A stretch of 64,000 bases of DNA. It comes from the human T2T-CHM13v2.0 reference genome, Homo sapiens. Where the stretch lies: assembly GCF_009914755.1 (NCBI RefSeq), contig NC_060933.1; one strand, 5' to 3'. The notes beneath the pieces are model-generated. The model ran no database searches. It saw only the letters and a program-made list of their open reading frames with translations, and was not told the DNA's origin. A program made the position numbers and the translations under genes. Below are positions 55,750 through 64,000 of the stretch, piece by piece; position 1 is the first letter of the stretch; every line of letters begins with the position of its first letter.

Positions 55750-56030
55750 CTGGGGCCTTGGCTCACACCTGTGATCTTAGCACTTTGGAGGCCAAGGTGA
55801 ATTGCTTGAGGCCAGGATTTTGAGACCAGCCTGGGCACCATGGAGAAACCCCATCTCTTAAAAAAATAATAATAATACACAAATTAGCTGAGCATGGTGG
55901 TGCATGCCTGTAGGCCCAGCTACTGGGTTGAGGTGGGAGGATTGCTTGAGCCTGGAACGTTGAAGTTGCAGTGACTGAAATTGCACCACTGTACTCCATC
56001 GTGGGCGACAGAGCAACACTGTTGAGGAAA
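55750..56030 (+). mobile_element. AluJ, diverged
   Basis: TTGCTTGAGGCCAGG, GGGAGGATTGCTTGAGCCTGG. Confidence 0.88.
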
Positions 56031-57121
56031 TGTTTGTTTAAGAAAAACTTTTAAATAAAACTATTTCCTGGAAAAGGAAATATGGAAGTTTATTTGCTGT
56101 ACTGGATGAATTCCTTAATAAGAATCATTTTCTTTAAACAACAAAGTGTATTGGAAAGTACAAGTTTTAAAGGTCAGAAAGAATAATTATCCTCATAAGA
56201 GGATAAATGAGATATGTTTGAAAAACACAAAGTTCAAAACAGATTCTTAATACATTAGTAATGAAAAAGGAAAATGCTAAAGTTCAGTTTCTTGAAAAAA
56301 TGAACTTTAATAATCTCTTTAAGTTTTTCAGTTGGAAAAAAAATGTTGTCCCCAAGTTGTCAGCCAGACTACAGTGACTAAAGAAACAGAGTCAGGCGAG
56401 ATGAGCTGACATTTCACTTGTTACACATTTGCATTATTAACTTTAATGTGCTGAAATTGTCAAGGGTAAAAAGAAAACTGCTTTATCAGGTCAGGTTCAT
56501 GTGGTGTCTATATGATACTGACAAATAATTCAAAATTTTTCTGTTAAATCTAAAGTGTGATTATTTTCCAGGCATCTTGACAATCTCAACCTATATTGAC
56601 GGGGTGCATGTGTGATATTGTTTTTCCACGTTCAGGCTGACTTCTTGATAGAATAGTGCCTATCTGGAATTCATTAATAAAGGGAAGGATGCCTATCTTT
56701 GAGATAGTTCTTCGTGAAAAGATTATTAACCCTGTAAATACAATATAATATCCTCATAGGTCCAGGGGTGGCAGCCTTCCACTCAGGGTCAAGTGCTGTA
56801 AGATTCCACCATTTTTCTTCTGAACAGTCTCTCCCCAAAATTAAAATATATAACACATTTTGTTTGTTGTATAGATGGGAAGACTTAAATTGTATTTTTA
56901 TCAAATCTTGGAGTCAGAAGGTATTCCATTAGGATCAATAATAGTATACAGTGAAAACCCCATAGTTTATTAGAAAATTATAAATCTAAAAGAAATGACT
57001 GCTTTATTGTATATTCTTCTCAGTGACTATTTTACATTATTTTCTCCCTGAAGGGATAAAATGTTGGAAGCAAGACAAACAAGCAACCATTGTCTGAATT
57101 TTAAAAATCTAATTATATAGG

Positions 57122-57544
57122 TGTCTTATTCTGGTTGTCTTGCTATAAAGGAATACCTGAGACTGGGTAATTTAGAAAGAAAAATGGTTTATTTGGCTCA
57201 TTGTTCTGGAAGCTGTACAAGAAGCATGGCACCTACATCTGCTTCTGATGAGGGCCTCAGGCTATCCATTCATGGCAGAAAGTGAAGGGAAGCCAGTGTT
57301 AGATACCACTTGGTGAGAGAATGGAAGCAAGAGATAAGGGACAGAGGTGCCAGGCTCTTTCTAATAACCAGCTCTGGTAGCAACTATTAGGTGGAGAACT
57401 CACTCAGTACCTCGAGAAAGGTACCACGCCAGTGATGAGGCATCCAACCCCCGAGCCAGACACCTCCCATTGTGCTCCATCTCCGACAGTAGAAATCAGA
57501 TTTCAACATGAGGCCTGGAGGTTTAAATTTCTAAATTATCGCCA
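57122..57544 (-). mobile_element. MSTB-like MaLR solo LTR
   Basis: TTGCTATAAAGGAATACCTGAGACTGGGTAATTT...CTGTACAAGAAGCATGGCACC...TTTCAACATGAG. Confidence 0.85.
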
Positions 57545-58334
57545 AAGGAAATCAGGATAATGACACTGGGATCAAACTGAATAGATTCAGAATTATGAAC
57601 ATTAATTCAATTGGATGAATAAATACATTAAAACAATGTATGTCCTAAAAATAAGCAGCTTTTAAGACATAAAAATAAGCAACAGCATAAAAATTTTATT
57701 TTTATAATCATTAGGTTTAGATTCTCTGTCATAAAAGCCCCAAAGCAAACAGTCATGCAGTTATTTGGGAAAAATGGCTATAAATCCAGAGAGAGATGAA
57801 ACACCTAAATTAAGACTTACTTGCCAAAAAGGAGATAACAGACTGAAAGAATTCTAGAATGCATTAACTGGAAGGAACTTTAGAGTTTCCTCTTTAACTG
57901 ACATATTTTTGGCAGGCCACACAGCGTATGTGTGAAGAGTAATGCTAAGATGCCCCAAATCAGTTAATATTTGCAAAATAATTGCATTGTGAAATTCACA
58001 GTCGTTTAGTATAATTTAAGCATGTTTATATGGTTTCATCCAAAACCAAAATAAAATAGGGGTAAATATTTATTGAAAATGTTATGAAGAAAAACTTTGA
58101 GGAAAATAATCTAGTGTTATTAATAACCAAATTTGATTTAAGTAGCAATATCTAATAGTAGCTACTTGCAAATCAATTTAATAAAACAAATTTTATTCTG
58201 GTGCAATAACTCCACATAGAAACACAAAATTAAATTTCTCCTTCCTCATATATATGTAAAACACAAATTACAAACCATATGTGTATAGGAATTTATTCAA
58301 ATGAGTACATATCTATCTAATATGCATATATATA

Positions 58335-58336
<2 letters not shown>

Positions 58337-58373
<37 letters not shown>
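58337..58373. repeat. (AC)18 microsatellite abutting MER9
   Basis: Direct reading. Confidence 0.97.
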
Positions 58374-58375
<2 letters not shown>

Positions 58376-58863
58376 CCGAGACCAGCTCAGTCGGGGAGAC
58401 CCTAACCCAGCAGCACTAGAGGAATTAAAGACACACACACACAGAAATATAGAGGTGTGGAGTGGAAAATCGGGGGTCTCACAGCCTTCAGAGCTGAGAG
58501 CCTTGAACAGAGATTTACCCACATATTTATTGACAGCAAGCCCGTGATAAGCATTGTTTCTATAGATTAACTAAAAGTATTCCTTATGGGAAACAAAGGG
58601 ATGGGTTGGGCTAGTTATCTGCAGCAGGAGCATGTCCTTAAGGCACAGATCACTGGTGCTATTGTTTGTGGTTTAAGGATGCCTTTAAGTGGTTTTCCGC
58701 CCTGGGTGGGCCAGGTGTCCCTTGCCCTCATTCCGGTAAACCCACAACCTTCCAGTGTGGGCGTCATGGCCATCACGAACATGTCACAGTGCTGCAGAGA
58801 TTTTGTTTATGGCCAGTGATGGGGCCAATTCGTGGCCATATTTTGGGGGGCCTGTTCCCAACA
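58374..58863 (-). mobile_element. MER9 solo LTR (HERV-K HML-3 / HERVK9)
   Basis: The minus strand reads TGTTGGGAACAGGCCCCCCAAAAT...GGGTTAGGGTCTCCCCGACTGAGCTGGTCTCGGCA. Flanks CACACA/CACATA. Confidence 0.93.
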
Positions 58864-59589
58864 CACATAAAACTTCAGGCAGATTTCTTTCCACGCAGAT
58901 AGCTGCTGCATCTTTGGGGAATACAGAGCTTGCTTCCTTATAGCAAAAAGAAAATCTCAAAGAGCAACTTTTAAATGTTTTTGATCCTGAGATCCTACAT
59001 CAAGCACCAATAATTCTGTAAATATTATAGTTCACACTATAGATTTTACAAGTCCTTTCTGCCAGGAAACAAAATTATCTTATGAAAATTTTATTAAACT
59101 GAGACTTCAACATATTAAAGGAGTGATTAGAATTCTTTCTCAAGATCATTATGATGCCCAAATCTTATACAGTATCTTTTGATATCTTTAGTGTTTTTTT
59201 ATGGAAAACACAAAATAAAACTGAGCATTTGCCATTATATGAAACATTAAATAGCATACAATCTGATAATAGAACTTCTGATTACATAGAAATAATTTGC
59301 ATAAACTGTAAACTTGCTTTTTGAGAAGTGTATCTTAGGTTCTATATTGTAATGGTAATTCCTCTTTAAAGCCTGCATCAGGGGATGTTAATTCAAATGC
59401 TTTCAGCAGGCAAGCAGGTAAAATAAATTCACAAGATATTAGAGAGAGACTACAATCCAGTGGAGTAGCTACCATGGTCAAAGATAAAGTGCATTGACGT
59501 AAAGGGCTTAAAAGAATTCTACTTATTAATGTTATTTAATAGTTTACTCATCCCCAAATCATCTAATATTATCACTGGCCTCAAATTGT

Positions 59590-59800
59590 CCTAAAGATTT
59601 TCAAAATAATTTCACATAAGTTATTTCATTTTGAACTTCATGGTCTTTTGGTACGCAAGGCAATTGATTCTCATTACCTAATAATAGGTGAGAAATCTCA
59701 GGCTTAGATATTTTGATTAACTTTCCAAGAACGTTCTCTGAAATTATAGACAGACTGTCACAGGCAATGTAGATTGCTTCTGAGCTATGCTACTCAACAG
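59590..59800 (-). mobile_element. MIR
   Basis: TTTCACATAAGTTATTTCATTT...AGGTGAGAAATCTCAGGCTTAGA...TAACTTTCCAAG. Confidence 0.55.
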
Positions 59801-61639
59801 TACTCTGGCAGGCTCAACAATCATGGCAGTAGCCCTCGTGGAATCTACTCTATATTTTTGGGCCAATATCATTTTCCTTGGGTTGGAAGGGAAACAAACC
59901 TAGTCAAAGAAAGAAAAAAAGTGGGATGAATGAAACTTTGATCTCTCAAAATTCCTGATGCTAAAACACATAGTGAGAAAACACTCCTCTGTTGTCCATA
60001 AATCCTGACCATGTGTAAAAGTGTAGAGACAATGATAGAATTACATTTGTGGATGCAGCTGGGATTCAAAGGTGCAGAATTTGATAATACAACTCTTCCT
60101 ACCTAAGCTCCATGTAATTCTGTCAGGTAAATGTCTTGCCATGTTTTCATTGATCTTGCTGTGGAAACATTGGTCATAAGAAAACTGACCTTACTCTGAC
60201 TGAAAGAAAACTAAGAAAACAGGAACTCCAAGTGCATGAGGTCCAGCGCCTGGGTCAGAAGCAATCCAAAAAGCCACATGGCCCTGCTCCACCAACCACC
60301 TGGCACTTTTCAATAAATCAGTTGCATTAAATGAATGGGTTACATTTTCCTTTTAGAGGGTAACATGCAGAATGTGTAGCTTTTAATTAGAAGTTTTAAT
60401 AAGAAAGGGTTTACTAAAGTATGTACTCCTATTTCAAGTCAGCATATGTATTCCAAAGATGTTTGCTAGCTTTTAAATAATTAAGGCACAAAACCATTAT
60501 CCATATGGGAGAAAAAAATAAGTAATACAACATATTTATTCAAAAATAAATTATGGACAAAAATTTTAATTATTCTTATGACCACTTAGGAATCCCAAAA
60601 CATATCATTCAACAGCAATATCCTATGATATCAAGAACAAGAGATTTCCTATTCCACTGTGTTTTTCACAGCCAATATGTTGGTTTGGCTAACAATATTA
60701 TAAGCGCCTACAGAAAATCAATTAACATAAACATCGAGTTGATGCAATTACTTCAAGCTTCTCTGAGTAGACATAGTCTAAAAGAAAAATGAAGGCTTAT
60801 ACAGAGAATGCCTTTGACATTCACCATTGTTAATTTATTTCTTTGTGTCTTTGTCATAAATGTATTTAAGGAAAAGTAAAATCAGTAAATATAACAAATT
60901 CAAATCTTTTTACAATTATTTTTATGCATATAATGGATCAAGCCTATTTCATTTTCCATTTCATTTGTATGCTAAAAAATGTGGTTTAATGTTAATAAAT
61001 AAAATTTACACTTTGATGTTTATAATGAAATATCATTAAAATATATATTTTTCATATAAATTCAATATAAATAATGTATAATATTCAATAAAATGTATTA
61101 ATGTACTCATTCAAATAGTATTTTTCATATAAAAAGTAATTTAGGAAACCCTAGAAAATATTTCTATATAAAATCACTGTATTATGTAGCATCATTTTCA
61201 ATGGACAATATTAAGAAAGACTATTAACATTATGTACATAAATATTCATTTTTGAGAAATAAGCATGAGAATTATTTAGTAAAAATATTAATTTGTTTTT
61301 CTTTTTATTTTCAGATAAAGGTAAATAATTCTTGGTATCTCTAAGTAATTTACTTAGTTAAAAACAGCTTAATAAAAACAAAACAAAGATAGTTGCATGA
61401 ATGAGTCTTATTAGTTCCAAATTTTACTTAAGTTAGTGAAGTATAAAATATATTTCACAAAAAAATTAGCAATATTATCTCAAATATGCAACTACTTTTC
61501 AATTTTTAGTCCAGGAAATTTTGTAATTAAAATTATTCCCTCAACTATTGTTTTCCAAATTGTGCTCTATAAACTTGGGGGCTCTGATCAATACAATATA
61601 ACCAAATATACAAGGAAAAAATGAATTGTAAGAACCAAA

Positions 61640-61928
61640 AAAGTACTTCTTTTTCAATAGTTTCAGCAACTGAAGTTGGGGTCAACTTTTATTCCAACAG
61701 CTTGAGTCACAGTTTCATTCCAAAGCTATCATTGCCAGTGCTGTGGATGCACTGATTGGCCAATCCTGGGTCATGTGGCCACCTCTAGAACTCTAAGGAG
61801 GATTAGGTCAAAACCAACAGCATAGACAGAATTTGGAAGAAAAATAGATGTCTACTAGAAAACCAAGATCATGCTCTGAGAAAAAGGGAGAAAGGATTCT
61901 AGGCAGGCAAAGTCAAGAGTTTCTACCA
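61640..61928 (-). mobile_element. MLT1J/K-like LTR fragment
   Basis: CTGATTGGCCAATCCTGGGTCATGTGGCCACCTCT...GATTCTAGGCAGGCAAA. Confidence 0.55.
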
Positions 61929-61981
61929 AAAGCAAGAAGATTTGACATGTCAATGTAGAGAAAAGGAGGAAAAACTTAGCA

Positions 61982-62333
61982 AGTTCTATGCCTGAATGTT
62001 TGTGTTCCTTCAAAATTCATAGGTTGAAACTCAATTCCTACTGTGATGGAATTAAAAGAGGGCCTTTGGGAGGTGACTAGGTTATGAGGGTGGAGCCCTC
62101 ATGAATGGGATTAGTGCCCTTATAAAAGAGGCCCTAGAAAGCTTGTCTCCCCCTCTCGCCGTGTGAAGACACAGCAAGAAGGTGCCACCTATGAGGAATG
62201 GGTCATCACCAGACACTGAATGTGCTGGTGCCTTGATCTTGAGCTTCCTAGTCTCTAGAACTATGAGGAATAAATTTGTTTATAAATCACTAGTTTATGA
62301 TTTTTGTTGTAGTAGGCTGAATGGACTAATACA
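61982..62333 (+). mobile_element. MLT1A0 solo LTR
   Basis: GAGGGTGGAGCCCTCATGAATGGGATTAGTGCCCTTATAAAAGAG...GGACTAATACA. Confidence 0.9.
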
Positions 62334-62462
62334 TTAGATACATAGACAGGAATTTATGTATTCTACTCAGAGCCCAGCTATAATTGAAATCTTGAATGTG
62401 TAAAGATTTTGTTTTCAAGATTTTGGTCAGCAGAGTGGGCAAAAGTACAAAGAAGAAAAATG

Positions 62463-63152
62463 GGCTTTAGGGGAGAATCCTTGCCTTTGCCAGTTTTCAC
62501 AAGACATCTCTATTCCTCAGCTTGGACTTCATTCCTTTATTTTCAAAGCCAGCACTATGGCATCTCTCTGATCCTTATTCCAAAGTCACATCTATCTTCT
62601 TCTCTCTACAATAGCTCTGAAAGTTTTTGTTGTTGTTGGGTTTTTTTCTTTGGTTTTGGTTTTGCTTTTGCTTTTTTTTTTTTTTTTTCAAGACAAGTTC
62701 TGGCTCTATCACCAAGGCTGGAGTGTGGTGGCCACGATCTTGGCTCACTACAACTACAACCTCTGCCTCCCAAGCTCAAGTGATCCTCCTGCTTCAGCCT
62801 CCTGAGTAGCTGGGACTACAGGTGCATGCAACCATGCCTGGCTAATTTTTGAATTTTTTGTGGAGACAGTGTTTCCCCATGTTCCCCAGGCTTGTCTCAA
62901 ACTCATGAGCTCAAGTGATCTGCCTGCCTCGTCCTCCCAAAGTGCTGGGATTATAGGCTAAGCCATTGTGCCTGGCTGCTTCTCCATTTTTAAGAACTGA
63001 TATTGGTTCCACCAGGATAATTTCCCAATCTCAAGGTCCATGCCCTTACCCATATCGAGAAAATTCAATTTGCCATGTAAAGTAACATACTCACAGTTTC
63101 TGGCAATTGGAGTGTGGACATCATTGGAGAGGGGAGGCATTAGTCTACCGCA
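62463..63152 (-). mobile_element. MLT1D-like LTR interrupted by an Alu
   Basis: TAGGGGAGAATCCTTGCC...TTCAAAGCCAGCA; after the Alu, CAGGATAATTTCCCAATCTCAAG...TTGCCATGTAAAGTAACATACTCACAG. Confidence 0.75.
62624..62977 (-). mobile_element. AluJ with a long degenerate T-rich tail
   Basis: GCTCAAGTGATCCTCCTG; GAGCTCAAGTGATCTGCC. Confidence 0.9.
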
Positions 63153-63259
63153 CTCATCATTTCTTCATCATTTGTTATAGGTGGATCTCTGATAAATGAC
63201 ATAGATTATCAAGATATTTTTCAAACCCAAATGTGAGAGTCTTCTTCTTTTAATAGGTG

Positions 63260-64000
63260 TCTTCATTTATTTTACATTGATAAGATGTTGGATCTTATAG
63301 CTGTCATTTTTTTAGGTTTTCTTCTCTTCAAACAAGTTTATAAACAAAGCAGTATCTAATAAATACAGTGGAATATATTCTTAAGTGTCTTGTGATTCCC
63401 AATAATGTGGTTGTTGCGGTCAAGTTTCTCTTCCTTTTTTTAAGTGTAGGTAAGACAATCGGATAACATATCAATATACTATTCCCTAGTGTACAGGAGA
63501 ATATTTTTCTGTTACCGTCACATGTGTGCCTATGTGACTGGTTGGAAATTCTTATATTGTAATTTTTTCCCCAACACTTGGTACAGATTACTTCATTGTA
63601 TTCTGGCTTCTGTTGAAAATATCATGAAGATACACCCCAAACCTACCTGATTTTTATATTAGATTTGACATGTTTCTCTTACTCAGAGGCTTGTATAATT
63701 GTCTTTAAAATCCAATACTTCTTTCAAAATAAATACCCACTTGATAGCTTTTCATTATGGGGACCTGTCACAAATAATTTTACATGTTGATATTCCTTCA
63801 TAATCGTTTTGTCCCTAAAATTTTAGTTTCTCTGATATATTTGTTTGATTCATTTAATTATACTAGTAAACATGAGTTGTATATAAATAATACATTTTAT
63901 ATAACTTTTATCTCTTTTTCTCTGTATTCTGAAATATTTATTTTTAACTGTGTTTCACATCAATTTGTTTTATTTTCAGCAATTTCAATTTTGCATTATA
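63260..64000 (-). mobile_element. Ancient L1/HAL1 remnant
   Basis: TTCATTGTATTCTGGCTTC and similar antisense old-L1 ORF1 motifs; very decayed. Confidence 0.4.

Noticed and set aside
56278-56309. Inverted repeat TAAAGTTCA...TGAACTTTA
   Set aside because: A 9-bp AT-rich stem is expected by chance in this composition.

Overview
This is AT-rich primate (human-like) non-coding DNA, either intergenic or deep intronic. I see no recognisable protein-coding exon, RNA gene or CpG island. The ORF track consists of Alu-, L1- and mariner-derived fragments and short chance ORFs. The window is dominated by transposable elements: an HSMAR2 mariner fossil, a ~5.6 kb L1MA with two nested Alus, several other L1 pieces, about 13 Alus or Alu monomers, MaLR LTRs (MLT1/MST), an MLT2 fragment, ERV1/ERVL/ERVK LTRs (MER31-like, MER21, LTR27, MER41A, LTR16, MER9), MIR/L2/MER5 remnants and microsatellites. 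The most unusual structures are (i) an AluY with a 5' inversion bounded by one target-site duplication (TSD) at 47.5-47.8 kb, (ii) what appears to be the polyadenylated 3' end of a retrocopy inserted into HSMAR2 at the left edge, (iii) a twin-primed L1 at 12.3-13.4 kb, (iv) an AP-1/IRF motif cluster at 32.7 kb, and (v) two unverified micro-exon candidates. I found no convincing evidence of a new multi-gene system. Subfamily names come from my recall of consensus sequences, and boundaries of old elements are approximate.
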